64,000 nt of DNA, taken from NCBI GenBank assembly GCA_016861105.1, contig BOKS01000017.1:10433-74432 (forward strand). The letters are read 5' to 3'. Origin of the DNA: Betaproteobacteria bacterium (GTDB taxonomy: Bacteria > Pseudomonadota > Gammaproteobacteria > Burkholderiales > Casimicrobiaceae). The notes under the pieces are model-generated. The model saw nothing but the letters and a program-made list of their open reading frames with translations, searched no databases and was not told the DNA's origin. Shown here piece after piece: positions 18,567-27,215 of the stretch. Position numbers and translations under genes: made by a program. Each line of letters starts with the position of its first letter. Within the stretch, counting starts at the first letter, position 1.

Positions 18567-19703
18567 ATCGACACGCCCAGCGAGCAGCACGAAGCGATCC
18601 GGCGCACCGCGCGCGAGTTCGCCGACCGCGAGGTCCGGCCGGCGGCCGCGCGACTCGACGAGTCCGAGCGCTTTCCCGAGGAGATCTACGCGCGGATGGC
18701 CGACGTCGGCCTGTTCGGCATCTGCGCGCCGCCGGAGCACGGCGGCGCCGGCGCCGACGTCACGAGCTACGCGATCGTCATGGAGGAGCTGGCGCGCGGC
18801 TACGCCTCGGTCGCCGACCAGTGCGGGCTGGTGGAGCTGGTCGCCACGCTGCTCGCCGAGCACGGGACCGCCGCGCAACAGGAGCGCTACCTGCGGCCGC
18901 TGCTGCGGGCGCGGCAGCGCTGCGCGTACGCGCTGACCGAGGCCGAGGCCGGCAGCGACCTGTCGAGCCTGAAGACCACGGCCGTGCGCGACGGCGACGG
19001 CTGGCGGCTGAACGGCGCGAAGCTGTGGATCCACAACGCCCCGGTCTGCGACTTCGCGGTCGTGCTCGCGCGCACCGATCCTGCGGCCGGCCACCGCGGC
19101 ATGAGCATCTTCGTCGTCGAGCGGACGTGGCCCGGCGTGCGCGCCGGACCGAAGGAGCACAAGATGGGACAGCGCGCGTCGATGGTGGGCGAGCTGGGCT
19201 TCGCCGACGTCGCGCTGCCGGCCGGCGCCCTGCTCGGCCGCGAGGGCCGCGGCTTCCACATGATGATGGGCGTGCTCGACAAGGGCCGCGTCGGGATCGG
19301 TGCGCTGGCGGTCGGCATCGTCGCCGCGGCGCTCGAGTGCTGCGTCGACTACGCGCGCGTGCGCCGCCAGTTCGGCAAGGCGATCGGCGAGTTCCAGGCC
19401 GTGCAGTGGATGCTCGCCGACATGGCGAAGGACCTGACGGCCGCGCGGCTGCTCGTGCGCCACGCCGCGGCGCTGCTCGACCGCGGCGAGCGCGCGACGG
19501 CGCAAGCGTCGATGGCCAAGTGCTTCGCCTCCGATGCCGCGGTCGCGCACACGGCGAACGCGGTGCAGATCTTCGGCGGCAGCGGCTACATCCGCGGCGT
19601 CGAGGTCGAGCGCCTCTTCCGCGATGCGAAGATCACCCAGATCTACGAGGGCACGAACCAGATCCAGCGGATGATCATCGCGCGCAGCCTGCTGCAGGCG
19701 TGA
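18567..19703 (+). CDS. Acyl-CoA dehydrogenase (probable ATC start at 18567; first ATG 18696)
   Basis: ALTEAEAGSD, NGAKLWI, RRQFGKAIGEFQAVQ, QIFGGSGY, IYEGTNQIQR; N-terminal helix EQHEAIRRTAREFADREVRP lies upstream of the first ATG. Confidence 0.9.
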   Translation: MDTPSEQHEAIRRTAREFADREVRPAAARLDESERFPEEIYARMADVGLFGICAPPEHGGAGADVTSYAIVMEELARGYASVADQCGLVELVATLLAEHGTAAQQERYLRPLLRARQRCAYALTEAEAGSDLSSLKTTAVRDGDGWRLNGAKLWIHNAPVCDFAVVLARTDPAAGHRGMSIFVVERTWPGVRAGPKEHKMGQRASMVGELGFADVALPAGALLGREGRGFHMMMGVLDKGRVGIGALAVGIVAAALECCVDYARVRRQFGKAIGEFQAVQWMLADMAKDLTAARLLVRHAAALLDRGERATAQASMAKCFASDAAVAHTANAVQIFGGSGYIRGVEVERLFRDAKITQIYEGTNQIQRMIIARSLLQA

Positions 19704-19788
19704 GCGGGCGCCTGGTCACCACGGCAGGCGCGAAGGGCCGCCCCGGGCGCGATCCGGGCGCGGAGCGCCCGGCGCGAAGGGCGGTGCG

Positions 19789-20628
19789 GTGAGCTTCGCG
19801 ACCGACTACCTCGGGCAGCTGGACCGGTTCGCGGCCGGGCGCCGGCTGCCGCGTGTGCGCGCGCTCCACCTGCCGCCCGGACAGCCGGCCGAGGACAACC
19901 TGGGCGAGTTCTGCGCACTGGAGCTCGACGACGGCTCGCTGGGCCTGTCGTACGTGCTGCTCGACGACACGCTCGCGCGCATGCGCGACGAGGCCGCACG
20001 CTCCGGCCTGCCCGGCAGCGACGCGATGTCCGTCGCGCGCCGCTACCTGGACGACCGCGGGCCCTGGAAGACCATCGGATTCGCGGCCGCGAACGCGCTC
20101 ACGCGCTGCCTGTACGACCGTGCGGGATTCCGCCCCGACCGCAGCGCCGACTCGATCGGCCTGATGCAGCCGGGTCCCGGGGACCACGTCGGCATGGTCG
20201 GCCTGTTCACGCCGCTCGTCGGCCGGATCCTCGCCACCGGGGCGCGGCTCACGGTGCTCGAGCTCAAGGCCGGGCTCGCCGGCGAGCGCGACGGCTACCG
20301 CGTGACGCTCGACCGGGCGCACCTCGCCGACTGCACGAAGGTCATCGCCACGAGCACGCTGCTGATCAACGACACGCTCGACGCCGTGCTGGGGTGCTGC
20401 CGGGCGGCGCGCTGGTTCGCGATGGTCGGGCCGAGCGCGGGATGCCTGCCCGACGGACTGTTCGCGCGCGGCGTGACGCTCGTCGGCGGGACGTGGGTCC
20501 ACGAGACGCAGGGGTTCGTCGCGGCGCTGGAGGCCGGGGCGCAAACCGGAGCGTACGCGTGGAAGTTCGCGTCGACGGCCGCGCGCTACCCCGGCTGGCG
20601 CGCGCTGGTCGAGCGCGCCGGCGCCTGA
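19789..20628 (+). CDS. DUF364 / Rossmann-like domain protein
   Basis: IGFAAANAL, VGMVGLFTPL, TSTLLINDTLD, MVGPSA motifs typical of DUF364 proteins. Confidence 0.75.
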   Translation: MSFATDYLGQLDRFAAGRRLPRVRALHLPPGQPAEDNLGEFCALELDDGSLGLSYVLLDDTLARMRDEAARSGLPGSDAMSVARRYLDDRGPWKTIGFAAANALTRCLYDRAGFRPDRSADSIGLMQPGPGDHVGMVGLFTPLVGRILATGARLTVLELKAGLAGERDGYRVTLDRAHLADCTKVIATSTLLINDTLDAVLGCCRAARWFAMVGPSAGCLPDGLFARGVTLVGGTWVHETQGFVAALEAGAQTGAYAWKFASTAARYPGWRALVERAGA

Positions 20629-20696
20629 GTCGGATCGCGCCCGCGGCACCCCGGAGCCTGCGCGAGGTCCCGCGCCGGCGTCCGGCGACCGCGTCG

Positions 20697-21464
20697 TCAG
20701 TCGACGTCGATCGTGTAGTTGAGCGCCATGCGCCCGCCGTCGGGGTAGACCGTCTGCCCCGTCATGTACGACGCGTCGTCCGAGGCGAGGAACGCGGCGA
20801 CCGCAGCGACCTCCTCCGGCTCGCCGAGCCGCCGCAGCGGCGTGCGCGACAGGATCCTGCGCCGCGATGCCTCGTCGCCGAGCACGGCGCGCAGCGCGAG
20901 CTCGGTGGCGATGGTGCCCGGGCCGATGGCGTTGACGCGGATGCCGTGCGGCGCGAGCGACAACGCCATGACACGCGTGAGCTGGTTGATCCCGCCCTTG
21001 CTCACGACGTACGGCACCTGGTTGGAGATCGCCATCACGGCGTTGACCGACGACAGGTTGACGATGGCGCCCCCGCCGCCGCGGCCCGCCATGTGCCGCG
21101 CGACGGCCTGCCCGCAGAGGAACATCGACTTCAGGTTGACGCGCAGTACGCGGTCGAAGTCCTCCTCCGCGCAGTCGAGGAACTCCGCCGCGTGGGCGAC
21201 CCCGGCGTTGTTGACGAGCACGTCGATGCGCCCGCCGCGCGCGGCGGCGGCGTCGACCAGGCGGGCCACGTCCGCCTTCACCGACACGTCGGCCGTCACG
21301 GCGGTCGCGCGCGGCACCTGCGCCGCCACGGCGGCGACGGCGTCGGCGGCCAGGTCGGCCAGGACGACGTCGGCGCCTTCCTGCGCGAAGCGCTTCGCGA
21401 TCGCGAGCCCGATGCCCCTGGCGGCGCCGGTGACGATGGCCACGCGGCCGGCGAGTCTGTCCAT
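20697..21464 (-). CDS. SDR-family oxidoreductase
   Basis: TGAARGIG, VNNAG, YVVSKGG, VNAIGPG. Confidence 0.92.
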   Translation of the reverse strand: MDRLAGRVAIVTGAARGIGLAIAKRFAQEGADVVLADLAADAVAAVAAQVPRATAVTADVSVKADVARLVDAAAARGGRIDVLVNNAGVAHAAEFLDCAEEDFDRVLRVNLKSMFLCGQAVARHMAGRGGGGAIVNLSSVNAVMAISNQVPYVVSKGGINQLTRVMALSLAPHGIRVNAIGPGTIATELALRAVLGDEASRRRILSRTPLRRLGEPEEVAAVAAFLASDDASYMTGQTVYPDGGRMALNYTIDVD

Positions 21465-21599
21465 GCGCTGTGCCTCCGTTGCGCGGCGCCGGTGCGCCGC
21501 CTCGACGCGGGACGATACACTGGCCACGGCCGCGCGGCGAAGCGCCGGCCGCCCCCGACACGCGAAAGGAGCGCGGCGCCGCGCGCCGGCCCGCCCACC

Positions 21600-22364
21600 A
21601 TGCGACCCCAGGCCCTCGTCACCGGCGGCAACCGCGGCATCGGCGCCGCGATCGCGATCGCCCTCGCCGGGCGCGGCTTCGACATCGTCATCGCGGACCT
21701 CGCGCACACCGAGGACACGGTGCGCACGACGCGCGCGGCCGCGGCGCTCGGTGCGCACGTCGCCTTCGTCGCCGCGGACATCGCCGACCTGGCGCAGCAC
21801 GCGCGCATCGTGGACGCCGCGTGGGCGCCGGCCGGAAGGCTCGACACGCTGGTCGGCAACGCGGGCGTCTCCGTCGCCCGCCGCGGCGACGTGCTCGACG
21901 TCACGCCGGAGAGCTTCGACCGCGTGCTCGGCGTCAACCTGCGCGGGACGTTCTTCCTCGCGCAGGCGGTCGCGCGCCGGATGCTCGCCGATCCGCCGGG
22001 CGCCGCGCACCGCTCGATCGTCACGATCTCGTCGGCGAACGCGGAGATCGTGTCGCCGGACCGCGCCGAGTACTGCTTCGCGAAGTCCGCGCTGTCGATG
22101 ATGGCGAAGGTCTTCGCCCTGCGCCTCGCGCCGGCCGGCATCGCCTCCTACGAGGTGCGCCCGGGCGTCATCCGCACGGACATGACGCGCGTCGCGGCCC
22201 CGAAGTACGACCGCCTGATCGCCGAGGGGCTGACGCCGATCGCGCGCTGGGGCGAGCCGGACGACGTCGGGCGCACGGTGGCGGCGCTGGCCTGCGGCGA
22301 GCTGCCGTTCGTGACCGGCGAGGCGGTGCACGTCGACGGCGGATTGCACATCCGGCGGCTCTAG
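21600..22364 (+). CDS. SDR-family oxidoreductase (3-ketoacyl-ACP reductase-like annotation group)
   Basis: TGGNRGIG, NAGVS, YCFAK, EVRPGVIRTDMT. Confidence 0.9.
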   Translation: MRPQALVTGGNRGIGAAIAIALAGRGFDIVIADLAHTEDTVRTTRAAAALGAHVAFVAADIADLAQHARIVDAAWAPAGRLDTLVGNAGVSVARRGDVLDVTPESFDRVLGVNLRGTFFLAQAVARRMLADPPGAAHRSIVTISSANAEIVSPDRAEYCFAKSALSMMAKVFALRLAPAGIASYEVRPGVIRTDMTRVAAPKYDRLIAEGLTPIARWGEPDDVGRTVAALACGELPFVTGEAVHVDGGLHIRRL

Positions 22365-22434
22365 GGCCTGTTCACGCTATGGACACGCGGGCGCGACCCT
22401 TCGCGCATGCGGCCATAGCGTGAACAGGCCCTAG
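22361..22434. mobile_element. MITE/REP-like element with 22-bp perfect terminal inverted repeats including CTAG ends
   Basis: CTAGGGCCTGTTCACGCTATGG (22361-22382) ... CCATAGCGTGAACAGGCCCTAG (22413-22434). Confidence 0.7.
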
Positions 22435-22485
22435 CCGCGGTGGCCGGTTGCGCGGCGCCGGGCAGGCCGCGCGCGGTGGCCGGCG

Positions 22486-23490
22486 TCAGTCGATGACGCG
22501 GGTGGCGCGCGCGAGGACGGCGGGGGGGATCGCGATGCCGAGCTGCCGCGCCACGCGCAGGTTGACCACGAGATCGAAGCGCGACGGCTGCTCCACGGGC
22601 AGCTCGGCGGGCTTGGCACCGCGCAGGATGCGGTCGACGTAGCCGGCGGCGCGGCGGAACAGGTCCGCCATGCTGACGCCGTAGTGCATCAGCCCGCCTG
22701 CCGCGACGACGTCCGGGTAGGGAAACACGGCCGGCATCCGGAGCGCGAGCGCGAGCTCCGCGAAGCGTGCCGCGTGGAAGGTGACGATGGGGCTGGAGAG
22801 GAGGAGGACGGCCTGCGCGCCGTCCTTCGCCGCCTGGCGCAGTGCCGGCTCGATGTCCGCGGCGGCGCGGACGTCGCCGTAAGCAAGCTCGACGCCGAGC
22901 ACGGGCGCCGCGCGCGCGACGGCCTGCAGCGCCTGCGCATTGCCCGGCTCGGTGGCGTTGCTGAGCACTGCGACCCTCCGCACGCCCGGAAGCATGGCCT
23001 GCAGCATCTCGAGCTGCTTGCTGCCCATCTCGGCGCCGACCGAGGACATGCCGGTCACGTTGCCGCCGGGGCGCAGCAGGCTCGCCACGAAGCCGGCGCC
23101 GACGGGATCGGGATCGAAAGCCATCACGATCGGCACGTCCCCCGTCGCGGCGCGCGCGGCACGCGTCACGCTCGGCCCCGCGCTGACGAGGACGTCCGGC
23201 GACGCGCGCAGCGCCGTCGCGACGAGATCCGGGATGCGTTCGAGCCGGTCGTCGCCGTACAGGTAGTCCACCAGGAGCGTGCGGTTCTCGACGTAGCCCA
23301 GATCCTTCAGGCCGCCGCGGAAGGCGTCGATGCGCGTCGCCACGGCCGGCGGCGACGCCGCCGCGATGACGACGACGCGCGGCGCCCGCGGCTGCGCGCG
23401 GGCCGGGGCCGGCAGCGCGCCGGCCGCCAGCGCCGCGGCAGCGAGCAGGATCGCGCGCCGTGCCGGTCGATGCGGCATCACGTCCGGCAT
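22486..23490 (-). CDS. ABC transporter substrate-binding protein (ABC_sub_bind family), orphan
   Basis: RRAILL Tat-like signal; DPVGAGFVASLLRPGGNVTG; YVDRILRGAKPAELPVEQPSRFDLVVN. Confidence 0.88.
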   Translation of the reverse strand: MPDVMPHRPARRAILLAAAALAAGALPAPARAQPRAPRVVVIAAASPPAVATRIDAFRGGLKDLGYVENRTLLVDYLYGDDRLERIPDLVATALRASPDVLVSAGPSVTRAARAATGDVPIVMAFDPDPVGAGFVASLLRPGGNVTGMSSVGAEMGSKQLEMLQAMLPGVRRVAVLSNATEPGNAQALQAVARAAPVLGVELAYGDVRAAADIEPALRQAAKDGAQAVLLLSSPIVTFHAARFAELALALRMPAVFPYPDVVAAGGLMHYGVSMADLFRRAAGYVDRILRGAKPAELPVEQPSRFDLVVNLRVARQLGIAIPPAVLARATRVID

Positions 23491-23497
23491 CGCGCCC

Positions 23498-24343
23498 TCA
23501 GGCGCCGCGGGCGACCGGCCGCGCCTCGTCGGCCACCCACTCGCTCCACGAGCCGGGGTAGAGGCGCGTCCCCGGCAGGCCGGCGATCTCCATCGCGAGC
23601 ATGTTGTGCGCGGCGGAAACGCCGCTCCCGCAGTAGTGGGCGACGCTTTCGAGCGGGGTCGTGCCGAGCAGTGCGGCGAATTCGCGGCGCAGCACGTCGG
23701 CGGGCTTGAACGTGCCGTCGGGCGCGAGGTTGGACGCGAACGGACGGTTGAGCGCGCCGGGAATGTGGCCGGCCACGGGGTCGAGCGGCTCGACCTCCCC
23801 GCGGAAGCGCTCGGGCGCGCGGGCGTCGACCAGCGAGAGGGAGCCGTCGTCGAGCGCACGGCGGACGTCGGCGGCGGCGAGCGTCGGGCCCACGTGGCCG
23901 ATCGCGAACGTCGCGGGCTCGACCTGCGGCACCTCCACGGTCACCGGGCGGCCTTCGCGCTCCCACTTGTCGAAGCCGCCGTCGAGGACCGCGACCGCAT
24001 CGTGGCCGAGCCAGCGCAGCAGCCACCACACGCGCACCGCGAACATCCCGCTGCCCTGGTCGTAGGCGACGACCTGCGAGCGGTTGCCGATCCCCAGCCG
24101 CGCGAGCGCCTCCGCGGCCTGCTCCGGCGCGGGGAGCGGGTGGCGGCCGTTGCGCCCGTTCATCGGCGCCGAGAGGTCGCGGTCGAGGTGCGCAAAGCGC
24201 GCGCCGGGGATGTGCGATGCGGCGTAACGCTCCTCGCCCCAGTGCGCGGGGGACGCGAGGTCGTGCCGGACGTCGACGACGACGAGCGCCGGGTCGTGCA
24301 GGCGCTCGGCGAGGTCGGCGGTGGAGATGAGCGTCGTGAACAC
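23498..24343 (-). CDS. Tandem-domain rhodanese / 3-mercaptopyruvate sulfurtransferase (SseA-like)
   Basis: HIPGA x2, GRHPLP, LDGG, YCGSGVSA active site, LYPGSWSEW; GTG start. Confidence 0.92.
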   Translation of the reverse strand: MFTTLISTADLAERLHDPALVVVDVRHDLASPAHWGEERYAASHIPGARFAHLDRDLSAPMNGRNGRHPLPAPEQAAEALARLGIGNRSQVVAYDQGSGMFAVRVWWLLRWLGHDAVAVLDGGFDKWEREGRPVTVEVPQVEPATFAIGHVGPTLAAADVRRALDDGSLSLVDARAPERFRGEVEPLDPVAGHIPGALNRPFASNLAPDGTFKPADVLRREFAALLGTTPLESVAHYCGSGVSAAHNMLAMEIAGLPGTRLYPGSWSEWVADEARPVARGA

Positions 24344-24572
24344 GGCGGAATCCTCGGGGGTGCGTCCGCAGACCGTCGCAACGGCGGCCCCCGCGGCGGG
24401 GAACGCCACGCGGGAGCGGGCGCCGGGGCGATGATACCGGCCGTCGAGGCCCACGGCGGCCGCCGCATCGGTGGAGCGCTTTACCGCCGTCCCGTCCGGC
24501 CCCGGCGCGTCGGCACCTGCATCCGCCGACGGGGCGGCTTCGCGACGGGCCGCCCGGCCCCTCCGCCGTCCG

Positions 24573-25688
24573 CTACGTGCGCAGCTTCGCGAGCTCCGCG
24601 GCCATCTCGCGCCGGTAGAACTCGTGGAAGTGCTGCATCCCGTCCTCCATCGGCGACTGGTAGGGCCCCACCTCGTTGCGGCCCTGCGTCCACAGCGCCC
24701 TGCGCCCGGCGTCCATGCGCTCCGCGATCTCGTCGTCCTCGACCGCGGTCTCCATGTAGGCGGCCTGCTCCGCGGCGACGAACTCGGGCTCGAACAGGGC
24801 GATGTCCTCGGGGTAGTAGAACTCCACGACGTTGAGCGTGCGGTCCACCGCCTTGGGCACCAGCGTGCTCACGACCAGCACGTGCGGATACCACTCGACC
24901 ATCAGGTTCGGGTAGTAGGTGAGCCAGATCGCGCCGTGCGGCGGGACCTCGCCGCCGTAATACTTGAGGACCGCCTCGTGCCACTTCGCGTAGGTGCGCG
25001 TGCCCGGCTTCGCCAGCCGCGCGTTGATCCCGACCGTCTGCAGCGACGCCCACGGCGCGAACTCCCAGCGGAGGTCGTCGCAGGTCACGAACTGCCCGAG
25101 GCCCGGATGGAACGGGCCGACGTGGTAGTCCTCCAGGTAGACCTCGATGAAGGTCTTCCAGTTGTAGCGGCATTCGTGCAGCTCGACGCGGTTCAGGACG
25201 TAGCCCGAGAAGTCGAATGGCGCGGTGGTCAGCGGCGCGAGGTCGGCCGCGACGTCGCGCGGGCCGTCGAACAGCAGGCCGTTCCACGCCTGCAGCGGCG
25301 TCCGCGGCAGGTTCGCGCAGGGCTTGTCGGCGAAGTGCGGCGCGCCGAGGAGCTCGCCCTGGAGGTCGTAGGTCCAGCGGTGGATCGGGCAGACGATGTT
25401 GGGCACGTTGCCGCGGCCCTTCAGCATGATCGCCTGGCGGTGCCGGCAGATGTTGGAGAGCAGCTCGACGCCCGACGCGCCCCGCACCAGCGCCTGCGCG
25501 TCGTCGCGCGTGGCCAGCACCTGGTAGTCGCCGCCCTGCGGCACCATCAGCTCGTGCCCCACGTAGCCGTGGGCGCGCGGGAACAGGTGCCGCATCTCCG
25601 CCTCGAAGAGGCGCGGATCGCAGTACCAGGCTGCGGGGAACTGCGTGGTGGCAGGCGCGAGGTTCGCCGCCGAAGCGAGATTCGACAT
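24573..25688 (-). CDS. Rieske aromatic ring-hydroxylating oxygenase alpha subunit
   Basis: CRH...CPIHRWTY Rieske motif; NWK...EDYHVGPFH mononuclear Fe motif. Confidence 0.92.
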   Translation of the reverse strand: MSNLASAANLAPATTQFPAAWYCDPRLFEAEMRHLFPRAHGYVGHELMVPQGGDYQVLATRDDAQALVRGASGVELLSNICRHRQAIMLKGRGNVPNIVCPIHRWTYDLQGELLGAPHFADKPCANLPRTPLQAWNGLLFDGPRDVAADLAPLTTAPFDFSGYVLNRVELHECRYNWKTFIEVYLEDYHVGPFHPGLGQFVTCDDLRWEFAPWASLQTVGINARLAKPGTRTYAKWHEAVLKYYGGEVPPHGAIWLTYYPNLMVEWYPHVLVVSTLVPKAVDRTLNVVEFYYPEDIALFEPEFVAAEQAAYMETAVEDDEIAERMDAGRRALWTQGRNEVGPYQSPMEDGMQHFHEFYRREMAAELAKLRT

Positions 25689-25829
25689 GGTTCGACCGTC
25701 CTTTCGGGGATGTCACCAACCCAACCCAACAACCCGGGCCGCCGCCGCGCCGCGCGGGCGCCGGCGTGCCGCCCGGACCGCTTTGCCAAGTCGGCCGCTC
25801 TCTCGAAGGCCGCGTCGCCAAAACGTGCT

Positions 25830-25859
25830 AGTATATGGGGACTTTCGTTTACAGGTCAA
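25830..25859 (-). promoter_or_regulatory. Sigma-70-like promoter for the Rieske oxygenase gene
   Basis: Minus strand TTGACC-N18-TATACT. Confidence 0.5.
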
Positions 25860-25960
25860 CGGCTTGCGTGCGAATTTCCGGCCGCCCGCGAGCCACGCGC
25901 GGTCCGCCGCAAGGGTCACGTTCCGCGCACCGTGCGCGGCCGCCCGAAGCGCCCTTCGCC

Positions 25961-26197
25961 ATGCAACAGACCCCCGACACGCCCCCGAGTTTCGAGGCCG
26001 CGCTGAGCGAGCTGGAAGCGCTCGTGGCCCGCATGGAGGGTGGGCAGCTGCCGCTCGCGGAGTCCCTCGAAGCCTACCGGCGGGGCGCGAAGCTGCTCGC
26101 CTTCTGCCAGGCCGCGCTGAAGGACGCGCAGCTCGAAGTCGAGATCCTGGAGAAGGGCGTGCTCAAGCCCTTCGAGGGCGGCGGCGCCGATGCGTGA
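25961..26197 (+). CDS. xseB: Exodeoxyribonuclease VII small subunit
   Basis: SFEAALSELEALVARMEGGQLPLAESLEAYRRG; xseB-ispA-dxs synteny. Confidence 0.95.
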   Translation: MQQTPDTPPSFEAALSELEALVARMEGGQLPLAESLEAYRRGAKLLAFCQAALKDAQLEVEILEKGVLKPFEGGGADA

Positions 26198-27071
26198 CGA
26201 CCTCGCCTTCGCGGTCTGGTCGCGGGAGCGCCAGCAGCGGATCGAGGGGGTGCTCGATGGGCTGCTCGACGCGCGCGGGGGCGCGCCGCTCGTCGAGGCG
26301 ATGCGCTACGCGACGCTGGGTGGCGGCAAGCGCATGCGGCCGCTGCTCGCGTACGCGGCGGGCGAGTTCGCGGACGCGGACCCGGCCGTCGTCGACGCCG
26401 TCGCCGCCTCCGTCGAGATGGTCCACGCCTACTCGCTCGTGCACGACGACCTGCCGTGCATGGACGACGACGTCCTGCGCCGCGGCCGGCCGACGTGCCA
26501 CGTCCGCCACGGCGAGGCGATGGCCCTCCTCGCCGGCGACGCCCTGCAGGCGGCGGCATTCGCGGTGCTGGCCCGCTCGCGCGTGCGCGAGCCGGGGGAG
26601 GCGTGCGCGCTGCTCGCGGACGCGGCCGGCATGGACGGCATGGCCGGCGGGCAGGCGATCGATCTCGCGGCCGTCGGGCACGTGCTGCCGCTCGACGAGC
26701 TGTCGGCCATGCACCGGCGCAAGACCGGCGCGCTCATCGGGGCGGCCGTGGCGCTGGGCGCGCAGTGCGGCCGGCCGCTTCCGCACGACGAGGTCGACGC
26801 GCTGCGCGGCTACGCGGAGGCCGCGGGGCTCGCGTTCCAGGTGATCGACGACGTGCTCGACGCCGAGGGCTCGACGGCGACGCTGGGGAAGACGCCGGGC
26901 AAGGACGCGGCGAGCGGCAAGCCGACGTTCGTGTCGCTGCTCGGCCTGGACGAGGCGCGGCGCCACGCGGAGGCGCTGCGTGCGCGGGCCGGCGCGGCCC
27001 TCGCCCGCTTCGGCACCCGCGCGCGGCGGCTCGTCGAACTGGCGGACTGGATCGTCCTGCGGCAGCATTGA
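26190..27071 (+). CDS. ispA: Farnesyl diphosphate synthase
   Basis: GGKRMRP, HDDLPCMDDDVLRRG, FQVIDDVLD. Confidence 0.95.
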   Translation: MRDDLAFAVWSRERQQRIEGVLDGLLDARGGAPLVEAMRYATLGGGKRMRPLLAYAAGEFADADPAVVDAVAASVEMVHAYSLVHDDLPCMDDDVLRRGRPTCHVRHGEAMALLAGDALQAAAFAVLARSRVREPGEACALLADAAGMDGMAGGQAIDLAAVGHVLPLDELSAMHRRKTGALIGAAVALGAQCGRPLPHDEVDALRGYAEAAGLAFQVIDDVLDAEGSTATLGKTPGKDAASGKPTFVSLLGLDEARRHAEALRARAGAALARFGTRARRLVELADWIVLRQH

Positions 27072-27215
27072 CCATGGCCACGGTCCATCCGCGTGCACGG
27101 CTCGCCTCGCGCGGGCGCCCGGGCTTCGCTGCGACGGGCGCTGCGACGAACGCGCCGACGCGCGCGTACCCCGGCGCGCCCGGCGTCCACGGCACTCGCA
27201 GGGCTTCCTAGTCCG

